NCBI GenBank assembly: GCA_965207375.1
Contig: OZ242274.1
Coordinates: forward strand, 1,920,001-1,984,000
DNA length: 64,000 bases
Direction of reading: 5' to 3'
From: Nitrosopumilaceae archaeon
Lineage (GTDB): Archaea > Thermoproteota > Nitrososphaeria > Nitrososphaerales > Nitrosopumilaceae
In this document: positions 9,968-19,776 of the stretch, in pieces
Position numbering within the stretch: position 1 is the first letter of the stretch
Layout of the letters: the number at the start of each line of letters is the position of its first letter
The notes under the pieces: model-generated
Told to the model about the DNA's origin: nothing
Database searches by the model: none
What the model saw: only the letters and a program-made list of their open reading frames with translations
Program-made: the position numbers and the translations under genes

Positions 9968-10993
9968 ATGACCGCAGTTGCAACACTAGGATCGCATTGT
10001 GCCTTGCAGGCATTAAAGGGAGCAAAAGATGAAGGATTAAAAACACTTCTCGTATGTGAGAAAAAACGCGAAAAACTATACCGGCGTTTTAATTTTATTG
10101 ATGAGTTGATTTTAGTTGATTCGTTTTTGGAGGTTTTGGATCAAAAATGTGTACGCATACTAGAGCAAAACAACGCAGTGTTGATTCCACACGGGACATT
10201 GATTGCACAAATGTCATCAGAGCAGATCGAATCCATTAAAACTCCAATTTTTGGGAACCGATGGATTCTCAGATGGGAATCAGATAGAAACATGAAGGAG
10301 GAATTAATGCGAGAGGCCAGACTGCCTGTCCCAACACCTATTGCAGAGCCAGACCAGATAGACAGACTAGTTATTGTAAAAAGACAAGGTGCAGCAGGGG
10401 GCAAGGGATACTTTATGGCAGCAAGTGAGACAGATTATAACAAAAAACGCAATGCCCTCATAAAGGAAGGAATAATTTCAAGTGAGGAGAAATTATACAT
10501 TCAAGAATATGCATCAGGAGTACTGGCATATTTGCAGTATTTTTATTCGCCGCTAAAAGAGGAGTTGGAATTTTATGGAATTGACAAGCGGCACGAATCA
10601 GACATTGAGGGTCTAGGCAGAATCCCATCAGAGCAGCAGCTCAAAATTGACAAGGTGCCCTCATTTAATGTCATAGGAAACAGTCCCATGGTACTGCGCG
10701 AATCATTATTAGAAAAGGTCTATGAGATGGGAGAAAATTTTGTAGAGGCATCAAGTAGGATGGTAAAGCCTGGCATGAATGGACCATTTTGTATTGAAGG
10801 AGTATATGACGAAAATGCAGAGTTTACCACCTTTGAATTCTCAGCAAGGATTGTTGCAGGAACCAACATATACATGGACGGCTCTCCTTATTCCACACTG
10901 CTGTTTGACGAACCAATGAGCATGGGAAGAAGAATTGCACGCGAGATAAAGTTGGCCTCAGAATCAGGCAGGTTAGAGGCAGTCACCACCTGA
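9968..10993 (+). CDS. purP: PurP-family ATP-grasp (FAICAR synthetase-like)
   Basis: ATLGSHCALQ, IPHGT, FGNR, GAAGGKGYF, GPFCIE, FEFSARIVAGTN, MSMGRRIAREIK. Confidence 0.92.
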   Translation: MTAVATLGSHCALQALKGAKDEGLKTLLVCEKKREKLYRRFNFIDELILVDSFLEVLDQKCVRILEQNNAVLIPHGTLIAQMSSEQIESIKTPIFGNRWILRWESDRNMKEELMREARLPVPTPIAEPDQIDRLVIVKRQGAAGGKGYFMAASETDYNKKRNALIKEGIISSEEKLYIQEYASGVLAYLQYFYSPLKEELEFYGIDKRHESDIEGLGRIPSEQQLKIDKVPSFNVIGNSPMVLRESLLEKVYEMGENFVEASSRMVKPGMNGPFCIEGVYDENAEFTTFEFSARIVAGTNIYMDGSPYSTLLFDEPMSMGRRIAREIKLASESGRLEAVTT

Positions 10994-11459
10994 AAATTTC
11001 AAATCTTCTAAATGCAATTATTGTGACAGTCATCACTGCTGCAAAGACAGTCACAACTCCGATTGGAAATTCAGGAATTACACTGGTTCCAACTATTTCT
11101 ATCTCTATTGTTCCTGTAGGGGCAAAAAATTCAACTACAGTTGTCAAAGCATCAGGTTCTTTGAGATATTGTGATGTTTGATAATCAGTCTCAATCCAAT
11201 CAATTAAAACTACAAATTGATCACCTTCAGCTGAGATCAGCTCGTCGGGTAGATGGATTTCAAAGAAAGAATCTTTGGTGTTATTTAATCCAACCAATAA
11301 AGAATTCAGTTCGGGATCAATTTCCATGGCTATGATGTCGGCATCAACAGAATAGACAACATCATATGTGTGATTGCCAACATCAATAGTATATACTGAA
11401 GCAAAACCCAGTTGGGGCACAAGTATCAAAGATAAAATTACAAGGTGGGTCAGTTGCAT
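10983..11459 (-). CDS. PEFG-CTERM-type sorting-signal surface protein
   Basis: N-terminal signal peptide; C-terminal IEIVGTSVIPEFP + TM helix + RR. Confidence 0.85.
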   Translation of the reverse strand: MQLTHLVILSLILVPQLGFASVYTIDVGNHTYDVVYSVDADIIAMEIDPELNSLLVGLNNTKDSFFEIHLPDELISAEGDQFVVLIDWIETDYQTSQYLKEPDALTTVVEFFAPTGTIEIEIVGTSVIPEFPIGVVTVFAAVMTVTIIAFRRFEIFRW

Positions 11460-11640
11460 AATTAAAAAATAAAATAGATCTATAAAAAAAGTAGACATAA
11501 GCGCAAAAAAGAAGATAGTCATAGATTCACTATTATGACGTTGTTATGCCTGATTGTATGGATTGGGATTCTTTTAAACGTACAAAAATACAACAAAACC
11601 CATCTAAAGAATTTATTCAAGAGTAATCCCTAGCAATATA

Positions 11641-13221
11641 ATGTCTGCAAGTCCGGATTTTCAAAGAGCGTGCAATGAAATCACACAGAGTCTACTGCTA
11701 GTAGAAAACCCTTCAAAAAGCCAGGTAAAAGCAAAGATAAAAAAAGTTTGTTCAAAATATGCACTAGATAGAATTCCTAAAAATTATGAGATTTTGGCAA
11801 AAGCATCAGGGGACGATTTTGTAAAGCTGCAGACTATTCTGCTAAGAAAGCCTGTCAAGACTGCATCGGGAGTAGCAGTTGTGGCACTGATGCCAAAACC
11901 GTATGCCTGCCCACATGGAAGGTGCTCATATTGTCCAGGAGGAATAGAGTTTAACACGCCAAATAGCTACACAGGAGACGAGCCTGCCACAATTAATGCA
12001 ATGCAAAACAATTATGATCCTAAAACACAAATCACTACAAAAATTGAAAAGCTGATTGCATACGGACACGATCCGACCAAATTAGAGCTAGTAATTGTAG
12101 GTGGAACGTTTTTGTTTATGCCACAAGACTATAGAACAAATTTCATAAAGTTATGCTACGATGCATTAAACGGGTTTGAGTCAAAAACCCTACAAGATGC
12201 AAAGAATGCAAATCAGCTCGCACAAATAAGAAATGTAGGCTTTACGATTGAAACAAAGCCGGACTATTGCAAGGTACAGCATGTCAATGACATGCTAGAG
12301 TACGGAGTAACAAGAATAGAAATCGGAGTTCAGAGTCTACAGCAAAGAGTGTACAGAATCGTAAACAGGGGCCATGATTTTAATGATGTCACAGAATCGT
12401 TTCAAATTTCAAAGGATGCAGGATATAAAATAGCAGCACACATGATGCCTGGGTTGCCAACTATGACTCCCAAAGACGACATTGCAGATTTTAAAAGACT
12501 GTTCAATGATACAATGCTAAAACCTGACATGCTCAAGATATATCCCGCACTTGTCTTAGAAAATACTCCAATGTATAAAGACTACAAGGCAGGAAACTAC
12601 AAACCATATTCAGATGAGGATATGATTGAGGTATTGACAAGGGTCAAAGAAATGGTTCCAAGATGGGTAAGGATCATGAGGGTTCAAAGAGAAATCTCAT
12701 CAAATCAAATACTAGCAGGTCCAAAATCAGGCAACCTCAGACAAATTGTACACAAAAATTTGCACAGGAATGGAAAATCATGTAAATGCATAAGGTGCAG
12801 AGAGGCAGGTCTCTCAAATGAACCGATCCACTCTGAAATCAAAATGAACCGCATCAATTACAACTCGTCTGGAGGAGAGGAGGTCTTTTTGTCATATGAT
12901 GACTGTAATGATAAAATCTACGGATTTTTGAGATTGCGAAGGCCAAGCAGACAGGCACACAGAAACGAAATAACCCAAAAATCTACACTAGTCAGAGAAC
13001 TACACGTTTATGGAAAATCATTAAAGATTGGTAAAAAGGACAAAGACAGTATACAGCATTCAGGACTAGGAAAAAATCTCATGAGTGAGGCAGAAAAAAT
13101 TTCCAAAGAAGAGTTTGATGCAGATAAAATTCTAGTTACAAGTGCGGTAGGTACAAGACAGTATTATCAAAAAATAGGATACACATTACAAGGTCCATAT
13201 ATGGTAAAAAAATTGAGTTAA
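11641..13221 (+). CDS. elp3: Elp3 tRNA U34 carboxymethyltransferase (radical SAM + GNAT)
   Basis: KPVKTASGVAVVA, CPHGRCSYCPGG, ETKPD, CKCIRCRE, VRELHVYG, QHSGLGK. Confidence 0.96.
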   Translation: MSASPDFQRACNEITQSLLLVENPSKSQVKAKIKKVCSKYALDRIPKNYEILAKASGDDFVKLQTILLRKPVKTASGVAVVALMPKPYACPHGRCSYCPGGIEFNTPNSYTGDEPATINAMQNNYDPKTQITTKIEKLIAYGHDPTKLELVIVGGTFLFMPQDYRTNFIKLCYDALNGFESKTLQDAKNANQLAQIRNVGFTIETKPDYCKVQHVNDMLEYGVTRIEIGVQSLQQRVYRIVNRGHDFNDVTESFQISKDAGYKIAAHMMPGLPTMTPKDDIADFKRLFNDTMLKPDMLKIYPALVLENTPMYKDYKAGNYKPYSDEDMIEVLTRVKEMVPRWVRIMRVQREISSNQILAGPKSGNLRQIVHKNLHRNGKSCKCIRCREAGLSNEPIHSEIKMNRINYNSSGGEEVFLSYDDCNDKIYGFLRLRRPSRQAHRNEITQKSTLVRELHVYGKSLKIGKKDKDSIQHSGLGKNLMSEAEKISKEEFDADKILVTSAVGTRQYYQKIGYTLQGPYMVKKLS

Positions 13222-13223
13222 AA

Positions 13224-14807
13224 ATGTCAGAACAAAAGATTATCGGCAAAGGCACATGGATTGACAAATTAGCACAGGAGCTGATACAGCGCGAAAAGAG
13301 TTTGGGCCGGAGCTTGGAACTCTTGCGTGTGGAAAGTGGGCTAGGCGCATCAGGAATTCCGCACATTGGAAGCTTGGGAGATGCAGCAAGGGCGTTTGGT
13401 GTAAAATTGGCATTGGAAAATATGGGTTACAAATCAGAGCTGATTGCATATTCAGATGATTTAGACGGCCTTAGAAAAATTCCCGAAGGGTTTCCGGATT
13501 CATTGGAGGAACACATTGCAAAACCCGTATCAATGATTCCAGATCCGTTTGGATGTCATGATTCATACGGAATGCACATGAGTGGTCTGCTCCTAGAAGG
13601 GTTGGATAAAATCGGAATAAAGTACAAATTTCAAAGGGCTCTAGACACATACAGGCAGGGACTGCTTGAAGAACAAATCCATCAAATTCTAACCAATAGA
13701 AAAAGCATTGGAGAACAGATTGCAAAAATGGTAGGCCAGCAAAAATATCAAAAATATCTTCCATATTATCCGGTTTGTGCAAACTGTGGAAAACTATACA
13801 CTGCAGAGTCTTATGATTATACAGAGAAACGTACAGTAAAGTACAGATGTCACGATACAGAGATTGGCTCAAAAATCATACGCGGCTGCAATCACGAAGG
13901 TGAATCAGATATTTCAAAGGATTTGGGAAAGCTTGCATGGAAGGTGGAATTTGCAGCAAGATGGAATGTATTTGATATAAGATTTGAGGCATATGGCAAA
14001 GACATTATGGATTCAGTCAAAGTAAATGACTGGGTAGCAGAAAAAATACTAGGATTTGCACACCCTCACCATGTAAAGTATGAGATGTTTTTAGACAAGG
14101 GAGGCAAAAAGATTTCAAAGTCGTTGGGAAATGTGATAACTGCTCAGAAATGGCTCAGATACGGTTCACCAAAATCGATACTTTTACTATTATACAAAAG
14201 AATTACAGGGGCAAGAGAATTGGGATTTGATGACATTCCGTCACTGATGGATGAGTACAATGAACTAGAGGATGTTTATTTTGGAAGGATTAAGCTGGAC
14301 AATCAGGCAAAACTGATAAAATCAAAGGGATTATACGAGTATGTTAACTTGTTAAATCCGCCAAAAACTGCAGAACAGCATATAAGTTTTAGATTGCTAA
14401 TTGAGCTATCAAAGATATTCAAAGAGGACAGGACACAGCATATAGTCAAAAAGCTTGTAGATTATAAAACAATACAAAAGCAAGACGCACACGTTGAGCA
14501 ATTAATCAGACTAGCAGGAAATTATGCAGATGACTTTGATGATAAGCAACAGCAGGAGATAGAAATTGCCTCACAGGTCAAAGTTGCATTAGAGGAGATA
14601 GTAGAAACACTTGAGAGTCAAGAACCCCAAGACATGCAAAATGCAATATATCAGGCTGCCAAAAAAAATGACGTGCCACCAAAAGACCTCTTTAAGATAC
14701 TGTACCAGATAATTTTAGGAACTAGCAGGGGTCCAAAGATAGGCCCATTTATTTTGGATGTAGGGTGTAAAAAAGTGGGGGAAATGATACGAGTTCATTT
14801 GAAATGA
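13224..14807 (+). CDS. lysS: class I lysyl-tRNA synthetase
   Basis: SGIPHIGS (HIGH-like), KISKSLGN (KMSKS-like), GKLAWKVEFAARW, GPKIGPF. Confidence 0.96.
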   Translation: MSEQKIIGKGTWIDKLAQELIQREKSLGRSLELLRVESGLGASGIPHIGSLGDAARAFGVKLALENMGYKSELIAYSDDLDGLRKIPEGFPDSLEEHIAKPVSMIPDPFGCHDSYGMHMSGLLLEGLDKIGIKYKFQRALDTYRQGLLEEQIHQILTNRKSIGEQIAKMVGQQKYQKYLPYYPVCANCGKLYTAESYDYTEKRTVKYRCHDTEIGSKIIRGCNHEGESDISKDLGKLAWKVEFAARWNVFDIRFEAYGKDIMDSVKVNDWVAEKILGFAHPHHVKYEMFLDKGGKKISKSLGNVITAQKWLRYGSPKSILLLLYKRITGARELGFDDIPSLMDEYNELEDVYFGRIKLDNQAKLIKSKGLYEYVNLLNPPKTAEQHISFRLLIELSKIFKEDRTQHIVKKLVDYKTIQKQDAHVEQLIRLAGNYADDFDDKQQQEIEIASQVKVALEEIVETLESQEPQDMQNAIYQAAKKNDVPPKDLFKILYQIILGTSRGPKIGPFILDVGCKKVGEMIRVHLK

Positions 14808-15013
14808 AAATGGCGCACAATCAACACAACAAATCAAAAAGCGGTGGCGGATTTTTCCTGATATTGCTTGGGGCATTAATTTTCATTACCGCGCCAATTT
14901 ATTTACAGGACAATCCAGAACTAGGATTTGCAGCAATTGCATTTGGATTTTGTGTGGGAGGAATTGGGTTTTACATAAAGTTTCTAAAATACAGGGTAAA
15001 GGCAGGACAGTGA
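14804..15013 (+). CDS. small two-TM membrane protein
   Basis: Two hydrophobic segments; overlaps the lysS stop. Confidence 0.7.
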   Translation: MKMAHNQHNKSKSGGGFFLILLGALIFITAPIYLQDNPELGFAAIAFGFCVGGIGFYIKFLKYRVKAGQ

Positions 15014-15017
15014 TACT

Positions 15018-15725
15018 ATGAAATTTTTTAGTAGAAAAAAGCAAAATGTATCTGAAGAAGCAGAAATTCAGGAGGATTCTCAAAAAGAGGAGTTAGAATC
15101 AGAGTTGGAAAAAATTGAGGAAAATATCAGACAGAAAAATCAGCAATTAAAAGGCATCACATCAAAGCTTGCAGATGTAAAAAAAGAGTACGATGTAGCA
15201 GTCTCAGCACTGATGACAGTAAAAAAAGAGTCAAATGAGAAAAAAAATCACATAGAGTCACTTGAAAGACAGCAAAGAGTGTCAAAGTCAAAGGCTATAG
15301 AGGCTCAAAGGCAATACGACCATGAAAAGATCAAAATCAACGAGGTCCAAAAGACTCGTGCAAGTCTTGAGCAGACAAAAAAAGATATCGAGTTGGGCAA
15401 GAAAAATCATTTAAAAATTCAAGGTGAAATCACAGAGGCACAGACTAGATTAAATGATATAAACGTAAAGCGTATAGATGCAGAGAACAAATATCAGGAA
15501 ATTCTTGCCAAAATTGACGGCGCAGACATTAAAGAAAAACCAGATGTCAAGACATTAACTGAAAAAGTGCCCAAAAATGTTGTAGAGGCTGCTAGTGCAG
15601 TTGTTGCATCAATGAAAACCAGATTAAACATTGCTCAGAAAGAGCTAGAGGTAGTAAAACGATTGTTAGAAAAGGAACGAATCGAACACCAAAAAACAAA
15701 AGATATGCTAAAGTCAGAGAAATGA
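15018..15725 (+). CDS. coiled-coil protein
   Basis: K/E/Q-rich heptad pattern; C-terminal VVEAASAVVAS motif. Confidence 0.8.
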   Translation: MKFFSRKKQNVSEEAEIQEDSQKEELESELEKIEENIRQKNQQLKGITSKLADVKKEYDVAVSALMTVKKESNEKKNHIESLERQQRVSKSKAIEAQRQYDHEKIKINEVQKTRASLEQTKKDIELGKKNHLKIQGEITEAQTRLNDINVKRIDAENKYQEILAKIDGADIKEKPDVKTLTEKVPKNVVEAASAVVASMKTRLNIAQKELEVVKRLLEKERIEHQKTKDMLKSEK

Positions 15726-15776
15726 CACGAGATATATTTGAAGATATAAGACAGATTGGACAAAAGTAATCGACTA

Positions 15777-17089
15777 TAGCAGATCTAACTAATAATCGAT
15801 AGCAAATTTGTCAATTAAAGTCAACTAAAAGATCTATATGTCGATCTTGTTCCAAGATGGTTACAATGGATAAATTCCTACCAGATACAAACATGAAGAA
15901 ATTGTACAAACTCAAAAAAGAAGAAGAAAATCCAAAGGTTGTACAGAGAATTACTGCATACATGTTAAAAAAGGAGGGCAAAACATTGTGGGAAATTTCA
16001 AATTCCATAAAGATACCGTACACCACGGTTCAAAATTGGATAGACAGAATCAACAAGGAAGGCATTGATGCTAGATACGATAAGAAGCAACCTGGTGCAC
16101 AGTGTAAGCTGGACAAGAAGCAGATAAACAAGCTAATACGTGATTTGAAAAAAGGACCACAAAAATGTGGTTATGATACTAATTTGTGGACATCACCCAT
16201 AATACAAAGACACATCAAAAAAATATTCAAGACAGATTACAATGTAAGTTCGGTATGGGCATTGATCACTAGACTTGATCTTCATCTAGTTGCACCTAGA
16301 CCTAGAAACGACAAGGCAGCAACCCTGAGGAAATCGCAGTGTTCAAAAAAAAAGCTCACCGCAAGGTAAAATACTATAGCGACAAAGGACACACAATTAT
16401 GACCATGGATGCTGCTCACAAGCTGGTGGCATCAGTGCCCAAAAAGGGCTGGTTTTTTGAAAAACGTCCTGTATTTATCACAGGCAAGAAAAAACCAAAG
16501 AAAAAATCCGCAAAAAATAAATCTAAAAAATCCAAGAGTCTCACGATTATAGGTGCTATTGGCGCAGAGAAAGAATATTACTTTAGGTTTTACGATACAG
16601 GAAACTGGGTTAACGTGGAAAACTTTTTGCAGGGTGTACACAAGAAATTCGGCAAGGTTCTGATGTTTATGGACAATGCAGCTTATCACAAAAAAGATGA
16701 GCTAAAACGTATCACAAGGGAGACAGGTGGTCAGATGCAGTTTGAGTTTTATCTAAAATATACTCCTGAACTCAATCCGATTGAGCCTGAATGGTCGGTC
16801 ATGAAAAAGAGTATTGCAGGTATTATAGCTACAAATGCTGAGCTCAAACGTATCATAGCTCGATCAATAAAAAACAAAACTATTCCAATAGTAAAAATGT
16901 TCGACTATTTGATACCGTAATTTTGTTCTTTGATTCTTTTGTTTGTAACTATCAGATAATATGCTGTAATATTTTGTGCATTTCATGTTTAGTTGCTTTG
17001 ATCGCAACTGTTGCAAGTGTCAATGTCAGGTCACGACTTTGTTTTTTAAAATATGTAGAAAAACTATTGATTATTAGTTAGATCTGCTA
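15777..17089 (+). mobile_element. IS630-family element A, apparently intact
   Basis: TIRs TAGCAGATCTAACTAATAATCGATAG / CTATTGATTATTAGTTAGATCTGCTA; duplicated TA (15775-6, 17090-1) in an ACTAGT target. Confidence 0.92.
15857..16920 (+). CDS. IS630 transposase in two ORFs (15857-16369 HTH; 16339-16920 DDE), probably joined by -1 frameshift
   Basis: A9G slippery run in the overlap; D (MDAAH), D (MDNAAYH), E (ELNPIEPEW). Confidence 0.88.
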
Positions 17090-17158
17090 TAGTTCAGGTA
17101 TGATGTAAATCATGACGGCAAAAGATTAGAAATGTCAAAAGCGCCTTTGTCAAAATAG

Positions 17159-17614
17159 TTAATCACAAAGTCTTTTTGTCCATATTTTACGAATCTGTTG
17201 TTCTGAAAATCCCAGGTCATACAGTGGAGAGACTATAACACTTACGTGTACAACAGATACCAAAACTAGTCCCAAAATGTCACTTTTTATACCTAGATTT
17301 TTATAAAACAGAATAATTTTTTCATAAAGATCATTTTGCTTGAGAATTTTTCCTGTACCCTTAAAGCGATACCCACGTCGCAAAACAGGATCAATTACAT
17401 TGATTTCTAATTTGGGATTAGATTGTAGGTTTTTCATTGTTTGAGGGGAACGGATATTTGCAAAGATTAGATGAGAGTCGTCCCAGACAAAAATCGTGCC
17501 CTTGGGAGAAAGATTCGGAGTACCATCAACTGAAACGGTAGCAACATAGCCTAGTTTTTGTTTTAAGAGAAAATTCCTTATGACACCATCAAGCAACACA
17601 GAAAATATTGACAA
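17159..17614 (-). CDS. pyridoxamine 5'-phosphate oxidase-like flavin-binding protein
   Basis: YVATVSVDGTPNLSPKG, TMKNLQSNP, RGYRFKG. Confidence 0.85.
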   Translation of the reverse strand: MSIFSVLLDGVIRNFLLKQKLGYVATVSVDGTPNLSPKGTIFVWDDSHLIFANIRSPQTMKNLQSNPKLEINVIDPVLRRGYRFKGTGKILKQNDLYEKIILFYKNLGIKSDILGLVLVSVVHVSVIVSPLYDLGFSEQQIRKIWTKRLCD

Positions 17615-17636
17615 TCATACCTAAATAAAGTTGGAA

Positions 17637-17735
17637 TTATCTCATCAGTTCTGCTGCAACACCATAAAAGAAGTAAAATGCTATTCCTCCTCCAATTATT
17701 CCGACCCAGATTGCTATATTTTTGGCATTGGCCAT
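17637..17735 (-). CDS. 32-aa single-TM microprotein
   Basis: MANAKNIAIWVGIIGGGIAFYFFYGVAAELMR (manual translation). Confidence 0.55.
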   Translation of the reverse strand: MANAKNIAIWVGIIGGGIAFYFFYGVAAELMR

Positions 17736-17772
17736 AGAAAAAATCAAAACAGGTCATTATTGAATGTAGCAG

Positions 17773-17883
17773 TTACTTCCTGCATGTATCGTGCTTTTTG
17801 CCAATGTGTCTTGCCAATCTAATCACATCATCATCAAAATTCTGTCCGCAAAACAGGCACCGGAATTTGAGTTTTTCAGACAC
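17773..17883 (-). CDS. 36-aa C2H2 zinc-finger microprotein
   Basis: MSEKLKFRCLFCGQNFDDDVIRLARHIGKKHDTCRK (manual, GTG start). Confidence 0.65.
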   Translation of the reverse strand: MSEKLKFRCLFCGQNFDDDVIRLARHIGKKHDTCRK

Positions 17884-17965
17884 AAAATCTCACCGGTAAA
17901 ATGATTTAAAAAATTTTCAGAGTCTGATGACAAAAGATTCGGGATTTGATCAGTGCAGTAACCTA

Positions 17966-18032
17966 GCAGGACTAAATTATCTAGAAGATATGGTAAAATA
18001 CCTCTAGAGACGTAAAAGCCACGTTAACACTT
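17966..18032 (+). mobile_element. remnant of the IS66-A 3' end
   Basis: Encodes AGLNYLEDMVKYL* followed by ...CCACGTTAACACTT; near-identical to the reverse complement of 19779-19846. Confidence 0.85.
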
Positions 18033-18376
18033 GGATTCTCCAGTGTTAATCAGTAGATGGAAAAACCTATCAAAAAAGTGAAAAATGGACACATTTTGAC
18101 ATGAAATTGAATTATTTTTGATCTACGGATCTAAAAGGATGGTGAGCCTACCCACTTTAGTGCGTAGTGATTTTAAAAAAGAATGGAACCCAAATTCCTG
18201 AAAAAAAGAGCCTGCATGCCCATATCTTGGGCCAAATTGGACAGGAATGTGCCTGCTTAGTTGCATTTTTGTCATATTTGGTAACGTATGGGATCAAAGA
18301 AATTAGAACTTGCGATACAAAAGATGACGTGCCTAGAAGCAATTATGACAAAGCATCCAAAGGCACATCAAGATAC

Positions 18377-18485
18377 ACTTGATAATGCCATATTTAACTG
18401 CCCATGTTGTGAGCGTATTGTTTTCAATGTACTATCTAGCAGACTTTTACTTGATAATGCCATATTTAACTGCCCATGTTGTGAG
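18377..18485. repeat. perfect 37-bp direct repeat x2 separated by 35 bp
   Basis: ACTTGATAATGCCATATTTAACTGCCCATGTTGTGAG at 18377-18413 and 18449-18485. Confidence 0.95.
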
Positions 18486-18496
18486 GCCGATATTTT

Positions 18497-19585
18497 ATGA
18501 AGCCATCCTCAGGGGTAAAGAGAGGAATAGAGTTTCTCAAAGGTACCACTACATCTGAGATGGAATATCGTCTAAAGGCAGAGCATTCAGGTAAGTCACG
18601 TGAGCGACTACAGGCAGCACTGCTGCGTAGACAGGGCCAAGACCTAGAATCTATACGTAAAATCCTAGGACGAGGTAAGGGCAGCATCTCAAGATGGCTC
18701 AACAGAATGCAAAAAGAAGGACCTGATGCGATACTTGACGGTAAGAGTACAGGAAGACCCTGCAAGCTCTCAAAGGTACAACAGGAGGCAGTCAAGATAT
18801 CTCTTGCCCAAGATCCAATGAGCAGCGGTTTTGAGCGCTCAAACTGGACTGCTAGATTGCTTGGAGTACACATTGAGAACAATTACGATATACGATACAG
18901 TGCATCAGGAGCTCTTGCACTTGCATATGGCATGGGCTATTCCATCAGGGTGCCTAGATCCGTACCATACAATACACCTGACAAGGAGACAATTGACAAA
19001 TACGTGTCAAACACCATACAAGCAATTACGTCACATGCATCTGCTGATTATGCCATATATTGTTTGGATGCTGCAGGATTTGTCGACTCGCCGTTTTCTG
19101 CTCGTGGGATTCGTCCCATAGGTGGACATGAAACAGTAAAGTCTAACTTTAAGACTGCTACCACAAAGGCAATAGGCGCACTCGGTCAAGACGGACTAGT
19201 CTTGGATTTTTATGACGATGTTGGATCTGATAGTGTCATAGATTTACTTGAACAGATACGTAAAAAACACGGCAGAGTCTTTGTAATATGTGATAATGCA
19301 AGTGGCCACAAATCCAAAAAAATCAAAGAGTATTTGGAAAAGGCATGCGGTGATGTTGTCCTGTGGTACCTTCCCCCGTACACCCCACAACACAATCCAA
19401 TAGAGATGATGTGGCGTGAGATAAAGAGGGCCATTGCAGGAAGATACTTTGGCAGCTTTGAAAAGATGCATGATACCATAAAACAACTCATAAAATCAGG
19501 TGAGGTGGCAACTGTAAAGCTGTTCAAATACATGCTTGATGCAATAGATCAGGCCAAAAACGTCCTTCAGACATCTGTAATCTGA
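18497..19585 (+). CDS. IS630 transposase (single ORF)
   Basis: HTH ISRWLNR...GRPCKLS, WTARLL; D (CLDAAG), D (CDNASGH), E (HNPIEMMW). Confidence 0.92.
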   Translation: MKPSSGVKRGIEFLKGTTTSEMEYRLKAEHSGKSRERLQAALLRRQGQDLESIRKILGRGKGSISRWLNRMQKEGPDAILDGKSTGRPCKLSKVQQEAVKISLAQDPMSSGFERSNWTARLLGVHIENNYDIRYSASGALALAYGMGYSIRVPRSVPYNTPDKETIDKYVSNTIQAITSHASADYAIYCLDAAGFVDSPFSARGIRPIGGHETVKSNFKTATTKAIGALGQDGLVLDFYDDVGSDSVIDLLEQIRKKHGRVFVICDNASGHKSKKIKEYLEKACGDVVLWYLPPYTPQHNPIEMMWREIKRAIAGRYFGSFEKMHDTIKQLIKSGEVATVKLFKYMLDAIDQAKNVLQTSVI

Positions 19586-19776
19586 AAAACATATCAGGAT
19601 TTCAAGGGTTGTCTTTTCAGGGTAACCTAAGCTCAAAACTGCACCAATATGCCAAAACATGCCACAACATGTTTGATTTTATGAATTTGCCCATATTCTG
19701 TCATGATTTTGCGTTTTGCCTGTGGCTGAAATCTACTAGCACAGGCTACAGCCAAAAAGCGTTCCATTCTTTTTTG

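Noticed and set aside
18377-18485. CRISPR array call
   Set aside because: Only two repeats, no typical repeat terminus or leader, and no cas genes in the window; kept only as a repeat.
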